Positions 39,711 to 53,770 of a DNA stretch of 63,953 nucleotides are shown piece after piece. The notes under the pieces were generated by a model that saw only the letters and a program-made list of their open reading frames with translations, made no database searches and was not told where the DNA came from. Both the position numbers and the translations under genes were made by a program. Positions within the stretch are counted from its first letter, which is position 1. Each line of letters opens with the position of its first letter. The DNA lies in the NCBI RefSeq assembly GCF_001194135.2, contig NC_068993.1:2721829-2785781 (forward strand). The letters are read 5' to 3'. The stretch comes from Octopus bimaculoides. Lineage: Eukaryota.

Positions 39711-39749
39711 AGCAATAGATATTCCATGATGTCCTCTCATTCAAACCAA

Positions 39750-41800
39750 TGTTATTGTCTTCTTCCTCTTCTTCTTTCGGTCAGTCTGTTCTGTCAAAAG
39801 GTCACAGAAACTTCCCTCAAGGCTGACATCGTATGTGTTGCATTGGTTTAGATTTATGAATATGCGGTTGCTTTCTATTTCTATGATTCTTAGTTTTGTT
39901 TTGTTGTTTATTTCTGTTTTTGGTATTTTCTGCTTCACATTTTACCCCACCCCCCACTCAGTTCTGATGCCGGTGCTGCCGAATTCTTTGTTGTTGCTGT
40001 TGTTTCAGTTATTCATCCGTCTTATTTCTTGCTTTCTATCTATAACTTTATTCTCGTAACCAATCTGTCAGGAACTGAAATTTATTATAGTCTTCATCTT
40101 TATATCAAATGCCCCTGCATTAACACAAGCTTCCTTTTCAAATTCCGTGAAGATATCCATTGATTTGCGTCAGAATAGCAACATAAAGCAGGAGATAGGT
40201 TACAGTTCTAATGAATCTAATGACTTACAATGTCATCTTCGTATTTTTGCATTAAAATAAAAAGTTGCTTTTACTCTCTATGAGGTCTCGATGCTGCTAA
40301 AAGAATACATGGAGGGGATTACAGCAATAGTGCTGTAGTAGATTTGAAACTGAATTGCCAGATAGTCGGGCAAATACCACGGTTAGATCATTGTTGTTTC
40401 ACATGATCGACTGATTAACTTCATAATCAGCATCAAGCCATTATGTGTGTGCTCTTAAGGTATTTCTAAGGGAGATTCAGCATGACACAAAACCTTTGAA
40501 TTACAGTTACAACATGTTTTAGTCAGATGAGTGAACTGGAACAACGTGAAATAAAGTGTCTTGCTCAAGGACGGAATGTTCCACCGTGTATCGAACTCAT
40601 GACGTCACGATCGTGAGCCAGACACTCTACCCACTAAGCCATGTGCCTTCACCTGCAATGGACAACCTTTTTAGTCAAACGAATCTTCAACCCAGGTTCA
40701 ATTCCCACTAAATTTAACCAGACCCTCGTTCACAACAATCATCTATCTTGAGAAAGGCATAAACAAACTCTATCTGTCTTCCTCTCCAATATCAAAGATT
40801 TATCGTATTTTTAACTTTATAAATCAAACCCAGAAGCTTTGACCTAACGGTCAAAATCCTATTTAAAATTGTGTATAATGTCGTTCGGGTGACCCTGTAT
40901 GAAACAGCGATAGATGTTTTCTAAAACACTTTGGCTTGACGTAACAGTTGACATAAAACATCGCATACTGATTACTTTAGCTAATGTTTTTTGATCTTTC
41001 CTTGCAACAAATTTCAATATATTTTTATGAAAATTCAGATAACTATTTTATTTTATTTTATTTTTACGTATTTCATAAATTTACTTTGAATCAGATATTT
41101 ATCTCTGTAAAACATACTTACATAGATTCATACATACGTACATATGTATATGTATATATGTGTGTGGAGATATATATGTATGTATACATATTTATGAAGA
41201 TATATGTATTCATATGTATGTATGTATGTAAAAATATTCCTCTTTATATATGTGTGTGTATGTATATATATATATATATATATATACATAAATATATACA
41301 CACACGTATATATATATATATATATATATATAAACACATATACATACACATGTATATATATTAGTTTCTCACCCAATTATTGGCTATGTCCTTGTGGTAG
41401 TAGTTTGGTTATAATGACGTTGTTGTTGTTGCTGTTGTATCAGACTGGAATAATAAGAAAAATTGAATTTAAATATGGATTGAAGTATGAATTGGGCTCC
41501 TTCAAGCATTATGTCGATGGTGAAAATTAATACAAGAGTTTAAAGGAAGCATCAAATTGGCAAAATTGATCTTTTATTAAACGGAACTATTCTGTCTATA
41601 AAGGCTATTCTTTAAAAAAAAAACATTGTTTAAAAAATTCAGAGAGATTTATGTTAGATGAGAAAATAGACAATGCTTATGTCAGCCTTGTCTTGGTTTG
41701 CGTGCTCAACACCCGAGAAAACATAGAAGTGTTATTGTGATATACAGCGTGTCTTAGACATCTGAAAGCTGGCAGAGTCAGTTCCGCTCCGACAATGGGA
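39750..41800 (+). pseudogene. Fragmented LRR remnant interrupted by SINE and microsatellites
   Basis: SFSNSVKISIDLRQNSNI (40130-40190); [11 protein letters not shown] (41478-41512); KFREIYVR*ENRQCLCQ (41635-41690). Confidence 0.35.
40360..40652 (-). mobile_element. Family D SINE, near full length
   Basis: Minus strand aggcacatggcttagtgggtagag...gagttcgatac...ccttgagcaagacactttatttcacgttg matches 30713 onward. Confidence 0.8.
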
Positions 41801-41844
41801 ACTGCCGATTTCTTCCAGGAATGGAGATAAAAAAGAAAAGAAAG

Positions 41845-42100
41845 GCTGACAAAATAATCACTTTAAGTATGAGACTAATGTCTTATAAATCGACCCGGAA
41901 AGAATGAAATGTTGAACTTCATAGATCAGCTGAGCGATTGTGAGGAATAAGGGGGAGGGGAGAAGGATACTGATGCTATAATCATCATCGTCGTTGTCGT
42001 CGTCGTTGTCATCGTCGTCATCAGCGGAACACAGAAAATTGGATGAAACGGATACCGTACGGCATTTCACTCGATGCTCTAATAGCTCAATGCTTATCAT
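41845..42100 (-). mobile_element. Highly degraded family B SINE split by a (TCG/ATC)n tract
   Basis: aaatcgacccggaaagaatgaaatgttgaac and ggatgaaacggataccgtacggcatttc match parts of the family. Confidence 0.45.
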
Positions 42101-42229
42101 AGATTTTTAAGCTTGTCAAGAAGTGTCTATATATTTACTCGATCTGCTACATCTAGTAGCTAAATCATTCTTCTCCTTAAAACGTATATGTATGCGACAC
42201 ACACACACATTTACAATAAATGTAGACCA

Positions 42230-42395
42230 ATAAATCGATATGAATCTATAGTAATATCGACAGATTATCGAACAGGTTGGTATTAGGAAGTACACAGAAT
42301 GATAAAATAATATCTACATCGATTATTATCTTTTTCACGGGTTCGTTCGACCCATTCTGACACATAATATGTATATATATATATATACACACAAA

Positions 42396-42433
<38 letters not shown>

Positions 42434-42800
42434 NNNNNNNNNNNNNNNNNNNNNNNNNNNNNNNNNNNNNNNNNNNNNNNNNNNNNNNNNNNNNNNNNNN
42501 NNNNNNNNNNNNNNNNNNNNNNNNNNNNNNNNNNNNNNNNNNNNNNNNNNNNNNNNNNNNNNNNNNNNNNNNNNNNNNNATATATATATGTATGTATGTA
42601 TGTATGTATATTGAAAGACAGAGAGTAGGTGATATGTATTTATGCAGGGTTTTGATTGTAGGATGAGGGTCAGGTAGAAAAGACGATGGTGTGAGTTGGT
42701 GCCTGAAGGTATCTGAGGAAGGAATTTGGTTTGGGAATTTGCTGAGAACATATCTAAATATGTTTGGCCATGTAGAAGAGATAACGTCGAAAAAAAAAAA
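42230..42800 (-). pseudogene. LRR remnant spanning an (AT)n tract and gap
   Basis: From ORF 42246-42860: VISSTWPNIFRYV, NQIPSSDTFRH, LPNTNLFDNLSILL. Confidence 0.4.
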
Positions 42801-42889
42801 AAAAGACAAAAAAGCCAGAAAGAAAGAAAAACGTGAGTGACAGCATTTTGAAATGTCCAACTAAATGCATCTTGGAAGGTAGTCGTGGC

Positions 42890-43041
42890 ATGATGATGAT
42901 GATCACCATCATCATCATCATGGTAGTGATGAATGTAGTGAAGGCGACAGAGATGCTGATTGTGGCGATGGTGGTTGAAGTGGTGGTGGTCATGAAGAAG
43001 ATAAACCTATTAACAGTGCTGACGACAGCAACGACGATGAA

Positions 43042-43073
<32 letters not shown>

Positions 43074-43260
43074 AGGTGGAGGTAGTGGTGGTGGTGGTGG
43101 TGGTGGAGGTGGTAGTAGTACTGATGAAAACGAACCTATTAATGGTACTGCTGCTGACGATGATAATGATGATGACGACCACCACCGCTGTCATGATAAC
43201 GACACTAACGATGGTGATGACGATTATGATGATGATGATGGTGTCGACAATAATAACAAA
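42890..43260. repeat. (GAT/GGT)n degenerate tract with a duplicated ~35-bp insert
   Basis: atgaagaagataaacctattaacagtgctg (near 42992) resembles atgaaaacgaacctattaatggtactgctg (near 43125). Confidence 0.85.
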
Positions 43261-45189
43261 CTCATTGATAATGACATCCTTCTTGTCCTCCTTTTTTCGT
43301 CATCCCATTCTTTAAAAAATCATTCTGTGAAATTCAACTTTGAATCCATCAAAAATTCTTGGGCGTATCACTGCTACAAGATACGTCCAACCACCAAATC
43401 TAGGCAGTGATAGTGTCTCGATATAATTAACACAATTCTCAAGAAATAATAACCAAATTCCCCTAGAATCACATTTTGCCGTCATAAAAGGTGAACACAG
43501 GATAATGTAACATAGAATACACTATTCTTAAAAATAAGATGGATTGATCGTGGACAGGTTGACTTAGATCATAGCTGTATGGCTTTAAACGTTTGTAGGC
43601 CATAAATGTATTTTTTTTTATATTAGTCTAAATCATTTAGATAATTGTTGTGCTGATGATAATCATTGAGTCAGAAACACGTGTCTACAACTGTCCTCTT
43701 ATCTCCAGACAAGATGTCGTTTACGTATAACTGTAAGTTAGTAAACTGAACACAGTTGACTTGTTATTTTTTACTTCAGTCACCCAAACATTTGTTTCTG
43801 CTAGTTTATAAAAACAAACTGCATTGGGATTTCGAACCCTAACCACTGGGTACTCAGCTAGACACCACAGTTTTCATGTGATTGCTCCATAAATCAATCA
43901 ATCAGCGTGAAGCTGTGACGTGATATGGTTTTCTCGAACGTTCTAGGATTTACTGCCTGTCACCTGATAAAATTAATTTGGTGCTTAACTCATCGCAGGG
44001 TATTGAGGGTGGCCGACTGATTCACACACCTCACCTCTTGCCACGCACAGGATTCAAGCACAGACAGCCAACAGACCACTGATACCACAGACTGCCTTGG
44101 ACATTTGCACAGACGACTCCCAGCACTCGGGAACACTGCATGATGTCCTCTGATAACTTTCTACATTCAAGGGCAGTTTTTCTCTCCTCCTAATTGGCAA
44201 TTAGCATTGCCCATTGTAAGTAGCCAACTGTAAATTTAATATGTCCGGCAATAAATATCATAGTTTAATGTTTGAGAGTTTGCTTCAGCTATTCTCCGTG
44301 CAGCCAACAATGACATTCCACACCTACACTACAACAATGATAACGAAGCCATTCACTTCGACAATGGTGACTCAGATGCTTGAAGTGTGACATCATTGAC
44401 CAGCTCAACTCAAAACAACAAACGACCACGCGACAAAACAAAGAAATCCATAGGGCTTTGTTTTGTTTACTCATAAAATTTTCACGTCAACGTGATCTGC
44501 TATGAATAGTAGCTGTCGGATTATAAACTTATTTTGTTTTTCATAGAATACTGTTGTAAGCATGTATATATTTAGGGATAAAATCTCGAATAGTTTTTAA
44601 AACATGTATATAAATTGTGTTGTACCCAGAAAATTTTTCTGATTGACACAGGACGTCATTATAAGTTAAATGAATAAGGGAGGAAAAAAACCCATCTTTA
44701 CTTGTTGCAGAGAAACTTTATAGCAATGTATATACTAGCATACATGATATAAAAAACAAAGAAAATTTAATAAATTTAAATTACATTTTTAACGAGAACA
44801 CTCATTATATAAATAAGCAAATCTTATAAAAAGAAAATGCAGGGCTGACAACTCTGAAATTTTAATCAATTAGCTTTGAAATACAGGGAAATATTTTGAC
44901 CTTTAACAATATGACAACAACTTCAGACATGCTTCGAGTATTACTGTAAAGTACATAGGATTATTATACGTATATACACATAAGCGTATGACAAGACTGA
45001 TAAATGAACCGATGCATTAAAACGATCCCTTTTCCTATTTAATATCAAACATTAAACTATTCTATATTTTGTCAATTTTTAGTCGTACACCGTATATGTC
45101 TGTGCATGTTGATATCAGTCATATGAAGAATCTCTTCTTATGAGGAGTAGGAGTTAATAAAGCTACATTCGTCTAACTGGCGGCACAGC

Positions 45190-45716
45190 TGCACTGAAAA
45201 TGGACATAGCAATGCTATAATAATTCATTGCTTATTTCTACATTCTCGAACAGATGTCAATAGCATTTAACTTCAGAGCACATATTATATTCGCAATGAA
45301 TATGTCACTTCTGCAAAAATGTGTCATTCACTACAATTTCATTTTCTATGAATTAATTAAGTTTGTTTTCCTTCTTTCAGAATCACATTAACTTTTAGAT
45401 AGAGATGCATTTCCACACTTCAATTAATAAATGTCAAAAACTTTTCAAGAAATAATAATAAAAAAAAAGGCACAAAATTGTTCAACAGCTATATCTTGGA
45501 AAAGTTCACCTAAAAATTTATCTGGATTCATAAAAAGCTCATTTGTTAATATAGAAATAAGCTAATTCTGGTTTATGTTTGTGTGTGTATGTTTGAATAT
45601 ATATTTAAATGTATATTTATATAAATGTGTGTGTGTGTGTGCATGTATATACATATATGTGTGTATATATATATATGTATACATATATGTGGGCATACAC
45701 ACACAGAAGCTTATAT

Positions 45717-45778
<62 letters not shown>

Positions 45779-45827
45779 NNNNNNNNNNNNNNNNNNNNNN
45801 NNNNNNNNNNNNNNNNNNNNNNNNNNN

Positions 45828-45875
<48 letters not shown>

Positions 45876-48200
45876 ATATATGAAGGTATAATTCTTCCAG
45901 AAATGCACAAGAGAAAATTTGACTTCAAACTCAATAGGAATCCCTCGCAGAATAATGATCTGACAAAATTCGAAATCTATTTAATTACGCTCATAAACTA
46001 TTACGATTTAATAATTACAACAGTGTCTTTTAAAACACATTAAACGATTCATCATCTCTCATAAATTCAAACAATATATTTGTGCAAGATGATAAAACTA
46101 AAAATCTATAAGAATTAGGGAGCGATACTTAGAACGGATTTCTATAGAACTCTATGGCGAATATTCTAATTAGCTCAGTTTTTAAAGAATTTGATTTAAA
46201 ACTGATGATGAATATAATGTGAAGGTAGTAAATTTCCAAGGTGAAGCATTAAATATATGAAGAAACAATACACATAAATAGAAGCTCCATGCACACACCC
46301 ACGATCATGCAACGTTAGTAGACATGTAAGTAACCGATTGCCGAATGGTGTAATATCGAACAATACTGCTTCAAACTACAATAATGATCTAACTTGAAGT
46401 TGGAAAGCAAAGCTGAATATACAAAACAATCCAAATCAAATAATACCAAACTTAAAAGTAGAAAAGAATGAGTTTAATATTTCTCATAGTTTAAATGTTT
46501 ACACATATATCAGTAGGATTTACTTTCCACTAATCATTACGCACTTCTCCACTTGACACAGATATCACAAAAGCCTTCTACAAAATTTTTTTTACACTAG
46601 TTATTGTATGCGTAACACAGATTTACAAAACTATAAAAGTAACGACACCACAAGATCTATAGCCAGATCACAAATAACGCAAGCTGAATGTAACAGTAGA
46701 AACTTTATTAGGTGCTCTTTGAATGGAAATTACCTGTTTACAGAAATAGTATACAGAGCAGATGCAGAATTGACAGACCAGAGAGATAATTGTAAATTGG
46801 GTTAATTGCAAATACATTTAAAGTAAGACACCTACAGCACACACATTCGTTTATATCTAAAATTTGCTTCTAATGTATCTAAAAGACAGACTAGAAAGTA
46901 TCTTCACTATAAAAACCAAAGGCATAAAATAGTTTCAGTATTCATTCCAATCAAGTGGACTGAAGAAATTGAGGTTTTAATTCTATCTAAATCAGAAGAG
47001 GAGAAAGCTTTTAGTAATGCTTCATCCAATGAAATACAAGCTTCAAGCTTTTTTATACATTTTACAGTATTAAGACCACTAACTGGTTGAACCAACAACT
47101 AACTCATGGGTAGCATGGTGGGTGGATAGTAAAAGAGTAAAGACTATGAATGAACAAAGAGAATACGGAAAAATATTTGCCTTACTCAGGCACTGGCAAT
47201 CCATGGTACACCACTGTGTACATACATACATATATACATACATATATACATACATACATACATACATGCATGCATACATACATACATACATACATACATA
47301 CATGTAGACACTCACATACACACACATATATATATATATATACAAACACACGTATGTACAAGACTACCTTGTTAGTACTCTCCAAATTCCAATGAAAGAG
47401 GTCTTTTTTTCTAATGCAGACACCACTTTTCCTCATTGATGAGGAATTTGAAAAATAAAACCAGAGAAACATTTATACATAAAGAATTTAGCTGCTGCAA
47501 TAGCTGTTAACTTTCTCTCTCAACGGGGTGGGGGGACAAAGTTTTGAATCGTGTGATGTTGGTGTGCTCAGAGGTGGTAGGTATCAATATTTTTTGGGGG
47601 TTTTGAAATTGAAATCATTGATAATTGTTGTCTATAGAACTGTTTGTATATCCATTATTAATGAGGTTGTATTTAATTGTTAAAACTGTGCTCTACTAGA
47701 GAGAATCTAGATCACCTATTAAAAAAAAAGCAACTAATTAATAATGGATACAGAAATAATCACAACTTTCTGTGGTGTCTATCGGAGATTAAAACTTACA
47801 GCTACACGTATAAACTCCAAATACACATTAGGCAGCAAACATATTAATTGACTGCAAAGAAATAGAGACTCGAGATGAAACTGATAAATGTATTTTTAAT
47901 TCAAAAATCAAACAAAATTCGTATTGTACCACGTGCATCGATAAATTCGATTTAGTTACATAAATATTCGATACATGGAGAAGCTCTTTCATGTAATTTG
48001 AAACAAATTAACTCTAATACTGAAGACGACTGGATAGCGAGGTTGATGGTCACTGGAATCTCTTGAATTGGCAGCCAATCCTTTGGTTCATGTACTGGAA
48101 GTCTTGTTTCACTACTTGACATGTGGCAAAATTTAATCTGCTTCTGTCTCTTGCTAAGCAGAAATATAAATTTTTCTTTCCACCCACTTTTGGATTATTT
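45190..48200 (+). pseudogene. Decayed multi-LRR gene broken by (CA)n and (TACA)n expansions
   Basis: CKNVSFTTI...QNHINF[fs]LDRDAFPH (45312-45420); AHTFVYI*NLLLMYLKDRLESI; SGLKKLRF; EEKAFSN; NKIRIVPRASINSI*LHK (47911); SLELAANPL (48059). Confidence 0.55.
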
Positions 48201-48665
48201 ATTGTGGTTAAGAAATGCTGTTGGGTTTGACAAAATTTGTGTTAAAGCATCAAACGTTTCTGAAACATAACACATATACATTTGTGTGCATGTGTTTGTG
48301 TGTGTGTCTCTACTTATGTTTATATATTATAGCGATATCACACACTATTATTTTATTACATATGTGTGTGTGTGTTTGTTGTTTCCATGAATCACTTATT
48401 TACATTCAATAATATTTCGACTCAAAATTTAATGTAATTCAATATAATCGAGCAAGGTTTGCGATCTACTTTGGTTTCTCTGAAGTCTTTAAAATGTTTG
48501 TTGATGTAGTACTTTCTAATGTCCCTCATAAACGGTCTGTAGGGTGTTTATAACCAGGACAGAGTAGCTTCCACGAACTTATTGATTCTTCCAAATAACA
48601 ACACTCATTGTGACACAGTATGCATTGCAGGATATGCAATTTAAATAACAGCACCAACAACCAAA

Positions 48666-49380
48666 ATGCAACTGAAAGACAGTTTAACATGGTGCTTTAT
48701 TGCACAGCAAGCTTTGCTATGCATCCCAATCGCATTCTGCAAACAAGTCAGCTTTGACAAGCAATGTTTAGTAGGGTATGCTCAAAGTGTTCGTACAGCC
48801 ATCTCCTTCAATTTGGAGTAACAAAGTTGGCAAGTCAGCTTATTAGAAATATCGTAATGATAGACTTAAATTACAAAAACCTAGATCAGTTACAGCTGCC
48901 TCTCTTCCAAAATGTAAAAAAAAAATTCTGGAACGTAACTCGTACAGGGAACTAACATGACCAAAGAGTGAATACTGCAACAATTTAATGCACATGCATG
49001 AACAAGGTGCTAGTATGGTTCTATAAATAATTCAGTAACACTGTAATAGCTGCGTATGTACAGTGCACCAATATGGTTCCATAATGACTGTTGCAACAAT
49101 GTAATAGCCGTGCATGTATGTAGTGCACCTTCTTGGCTACAGAATGGAAACAGAATTAAAGTAATAAACATGCGTGTATGATTTAATTTATGATGGAAAT
49201 GCTGAAATCTATTGAAGATCATATTGGATTATTCTTTCAGAGTGGAAGAATGAGAATTCAAACATTGCATCCATTAATAAAAACAAATTTGTATTAAAAC
49301 TTCCATCATGTCCACAGGAAACTCTTCCCATCTATTGGAGATTTAATCACAAAAATCGAAATATTATTTCGAATCCTTTA
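48666..49380 (+). pseudogene. Short LRR gene remnant: signal-like start, LRRNT, LRR, LRRCT, possible Ig start
   Basis: MQLKDSLTWCFIAQQALLCIPIAFC; [fs] GVTKLASQLIRNIVMIDLNYKNLDQLQLPLFQNVKK; HCNSC; VCSAPSWLQNGNRI; VLKLPSCPQETLPIYWRFN. Confidence 0.55.
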
Positions 49381-50025
49381 AATGAAATTGTTAAATGAAA
49401 GTATACACCCTTTTCCCTTATATAAATAAATAAATACGTAAATAAATAAATAAATGAATTAATAAATAAACAGCCATAAAATTTCTGAAAAAGTTATAAA
49501 AACCATTCTTTAAATTTTATTCATTAAAGATAAAATTTTCCTTAATATAAACAACATTTAATTTTCCTCTGCATGTTTTGATTTTGCGAGCCTTAAAGGA
49601 ACCAATGCCTTCCAGCAAATTGTTATGTATGCACCATATATTAAAGAATTATGTTTTGCTTGCTTTTAACTTGCTTTTTAAAACTTTCCCATCGACTGGA
49701 GGAAGTTTTTGATGTCTCAAAATACATTTACTGCACTTTCAAGATAACTTAAAATATTCATAAACTCTTGAAAGAGAAACTTATTGATGGAAATAAAGAA
49801 AAAAAATTAAAATCGTGTCCATAAAACATATACATACATACATGCATACATACATACATACACATACATACATATATACATACATATATATATATATATA
49901 TGTATATATGTATATATATATATATATGTATGTATGTATGTATATATATATGTATGTATCNNNNNNNNNNNNNNNNNNNNNNNNNNNNNNNNNNNNNNNN
50001 NNNNNNNNNNNNNNNNNNNNNNNNN

Positions 50026-50068
<43 letters not shown>

Positions 50069-50439
50069 CATATATACATACATATATATATATATATATG
50101 TATATATGTATATATATATATATATGTATGTATGTATGTATATATATATGTATGTATCACACAAACATATGTGCTCATGTGTATGAAAATATGTAAGCCT
50201 GTATGCATATTTGTAAGCCTGTGTGTAAGAATGTTCATAAAACTCACATAAAATATGTAGAACTGAGAGTGTGTATACATGTAAAATTGAAAATACAAAA
50301 TTTGAAAATGTATTTAGAATTTTCATTTATCAAAGTAATTTCTTTAGTGGTTTATGAAATTATTCTGACTAAAGTAAAATAAACAGATTTCTAGAAAAAT
50401 AATTAAGTAAAATAACAATTTATTGAAGTAGGCACTTTG

Positions 50440-50801
50440 ATAGTGAGATGGTATTGGTGGTGGTGGGTGTTGTAGTTATGTGGTAGTGCGGTATACTGGT
50501 GTGGTTGTGTTGTAGTTTTGTTGTTGTAATTAAGGTTAGTGTGTTGCATGGTAGCGCATGAATGTGGCACGGTTCCATGAAATGTCGTGTTATTACAGTT
50601 CGGCACTGTGTTGCTGTGGTGTGAATGTATTGGTACGTTGCAGTTGTGTGTTGTTGTGGCATGGCACTATTAAGTTTTATGTTGTAGTTTTGTTATAGTA
50701 CCCTCTAGTGTGTTGCACTTGTGCATTAGTTGCACTGCTATTTTGCAGTTGTGATTGTGTGATATTGTAGTAGTAGTAGTTGTGCTGTTGTTGTTGTTGT
50801 C

Positions 50802-50840
<39 letters not shown>

Positions 50841-50841
50841 C

Positions 50842-50874
<33 letters not shown>

Positions 50875-50940
50875 ATATTATGGTGTGTTACTTTGGTCTC
50901 CTCCTGCTGTGATGTAGTACAGTGCTGTGCAAATGACTTC
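50440..50940. repeat. Degenerate (GTGTT/GTA)n tract
   Basis: Direct inspection. Confidence 0.85.
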
Positions 50941-51326
50941 ATCCACTTTATTGTAAATTTCTCCTAATTGCCAACTTATAAATGGATATTTCACATTGCA
51001 TTTTCTACAGGTGAAACATTGGCCCTGTTGGAGTTATTTCCATACCTAATCATTTTATTTTGTAGTAAGGGTTCTGAATGAGAAGAGAAGGTGCAAGACA
51101 ACCACCAAAAGCGATCGTGCAAAAGTTTTCAGCCATCTCACATTAACCAATCAAGATACTGTGTTTTAAAACAGTGAAATGTCTATGTGTATGTATGTGT
51201 TTGTGTGTATGATTGTGTGTGTGTCTGTTCATACAGTGAGTGGGTTTGCGAAGAAATTCAAACTTTACTATTACTACTTCCCCGCCAACACCACCACCAC
51301 CACTGCCACTGCTGCTGCTGCTGCTG

Positions 51327-51377
<51 letters not shown>

Positions 51378-51831
51378 ATAATAATAATAACAATAATAAC
51401 AATAATATTAACAGCAAAGCATTGACGGATTGATTGTGCTGAAAATGGAAACATTGTGATTAAACTAGAGCGCAATGGGCCCAGTTTCTCTTCTAAGACA
51501 ACACTTTATATAACAATAAAAGGAAACATAAAGTTATTTAAGATCAATTGAATCTTTTTGAAGCAATGCCACACTAACAGAATTATTGATACAAAACAGC
51601 TTGAAGAATAATTAATTCTTTAAAAAAAAAATGGATATTAGAGGAGGCCTTTTTAGTTTTGGTAAAGGAATATTTTTTCCTTTCTGAAATCAATTTTTTT
51701 CATTAAAATACCATTGCCATCATATTGGTTCCCACTGTCATCATCATCATCATCATCATCATTAACAGTAGCATCATTGTTGTCACTCTCATCATCCTTG
51801 TCATCATTAGAATAATAATAATAATAATAAT

Positions 51832-52053
51832 AGTTCCAAATTTTGGCACAAGGCCAGCAATTTCAGAGGAGGGGGTAAGTGGATCACATCTCCCCCTCCC
51901 ACCAATGATTAACTGGTACTTATTTTATCGACCCCAAAAGAAATGCAATGCAAATTTGACCATGGCAACATTTGAACTCAGAATGTAAAAATGGACAAAA
52001 AGCCGTGAAGCATTTCGCCCAGCATTCTAACAATTCTGCCAGCTCACTGCCTT
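51832..52053 (-). mobile_element. Family B SINE flanked on both sides by (AAT)n
   Basis: ggcacaaggccagcaatttc...aactggtacttattttatcgacccc...atttgaactcagaatg...aattctgccagctcactgcctt. Confidence 0.8.
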
Positions 52054-52099
52054 AATAATAACAACAATAATAACAACAATAATAATAATAATAATAATG

Positions 52100-52178
<79 letters not shown>

Positions 52179-52180
52179 TG

Positions 52181-52230
<50 letters not shown>

Positions 52231-52245
52231 CATAATAATAATAAA
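52054..52245. repeat. Long (AAT)n microsatellite
   Basis: About 63 units, lying between a SINE and the R4/Dong fragment. Confidence 0.95.
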
Positions 52246-52428
52246 AAGTGGTACGAACATAAACCTGAAGGCATCATCAAAAATGATAATGCAAAGTTCC
52301 TTTGGGGTTTTATGATTCAGTGCGACCATGAGATAGAGAATAGGAAACCAGACATAGTGTTAATTGAGAAAGAAAGCAAACGATGCTGGATCATAGATAT
52401 AGCATGTCCAGCTGACAACAAGGTATGC
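52243..52428 (+). mobile_element. R4/Dong-clade non-LTR retrotransposon fragment: restriction-like endonuclease domain
   Basis: In frame from 52249: WYEHKPEGIIKNDNAKFLWGFMIQCDHEIENRKPDIVLIEKESKRCWIIDIACPADNKV. This shows the RLE RKPD...D motif and the preceding WYEHKP...LWDF-type block, and sits directly after a ~190-bp (AAT)n tract. Confidence 0.85.
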
Positions 52429-52439
52429 GATAGTCTTCT

Positions 52440-52512
52440 ACCTGCGTGGCTCCTGTCAAACCGTCCAACCCATGCCAGCATGGAAGGAGGATGCTAAACA
52501 ATGATGATGATG
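52440..52512 (+). mobile_element. 3' tail fragment of the RTE-tail family
   Basis: tcaaaccgtccaacccatgccagcatggaaggaggatgctaaacaatgatgatgatg matches the reverse complement of 577-625. Confidence 0.75.
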
Positions 52513-53264
52513 CATAAAGTTCCTTCAAAAATTTCTTAGAACTTTTTTATGCATCTCAATTTTTTCCCCATTTATGTATTTTGCACAAGTTTGGAAGTCA
52601 GGTCGAGGTTATAGCACCATTTTGTTAAATACTGTGCACTTTCTTCATTACATATATTGATATACACATTAAGCTTTTTTGATTTATAATGTGAGAGTAT
52701 GAGTGTGTGTATGTGTATAAGTGTATAGCTTATTTGATAGGCTTCATAACAATTTCCATTGACAAAATTCCTCTGGATAATTTGAGGCTATGATAATATT
52801 TCTTTAATCTGCAACAAACGTGGAACAAACTCAGAACCACAGATTTGCAAGCAAACTTCCTAAACACACACCATTTCCTGCACCCATATATTTTCCTACA
52901 TGTATTGTAGGATTAAATAAAAATTATGTAATTTTAATAAAATTGCAGGGCTCTATAGAATTTTTTTTTGTTCTCATTTTCCATTAGGCATTTACAAATA
53001 TTTTAAACAACACCAAATCCACGATAATGGTTTTGTAAATATTTCCACAAATATAGAATTAATATTACATACATTACCTCCATTTCAAATGAAGACTTGA
53101 ATATAGAGTTTCATATAATACCAGAGGGATTTGAGGGGTTTTTTTTTAAATAAAAAATTTATTTTACATCCATTTTCCTTTGCTAACATCAACATGATGT
53201 ACACATGCTCTTTTTTCAGTTATAAATTTGCATATTTCTATATTGTTATTAGAATTATTGTTGA

Positions 53265-53295
<31 letters not shown>

Positions 53296-53770
53296 GCTAT
53301 CAGTTTTATAGAAGAGATAAATTTAAAATATTGCATGTTGTCAGTCCTAAAATATAGTTGGAACATTTCATATTTTTTCTTGCCACCCCTCCACCCTTTA
53401 TAAAAAGAAAAAAACAACAACACAGTTGTTGTTGTGCAGTGTGGTTTTATGGCAAATGTAAGCTGAGTGTCGTTTAATTTATGGAGTGGTTTGAATGTCC
53501 TCATATTTCAGGTGGCAGTTTTATTTTTTATGCTTCAAAGCCACACAGTGTTTGTTCCAATATTCAATATTTCAATATCAACTCTGTGCTTTGTTCATTT
53601 TGTAGCAAAAAAGGTGAAAAAAGAAAAAATATTGGTTTCGTCTGGCAGGGTGGAAGTAGGATCATTACCAATTTCTTCTCAAAGAAACTATTTTTCCTTT
53701 CTTTCTTTTTTTTTTGTAGCTGGTTTCCTTTTCCTTAGTTAAAAAGGAGAGAGAAACCTTCCTTTCTGTA

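Noticed and set aside
39441-39851. Mucin-like poly-Thr ORF
   Set aside because: It is an (ACT/ACC)n microsatellite with no signal peptide or splice context.
43709-43732. 24-nt micro-exon candidate (ctccag|...|gtaagt)
   Set aside because: Too short to assess and has no partner exon; expected by chance in 64 kb.
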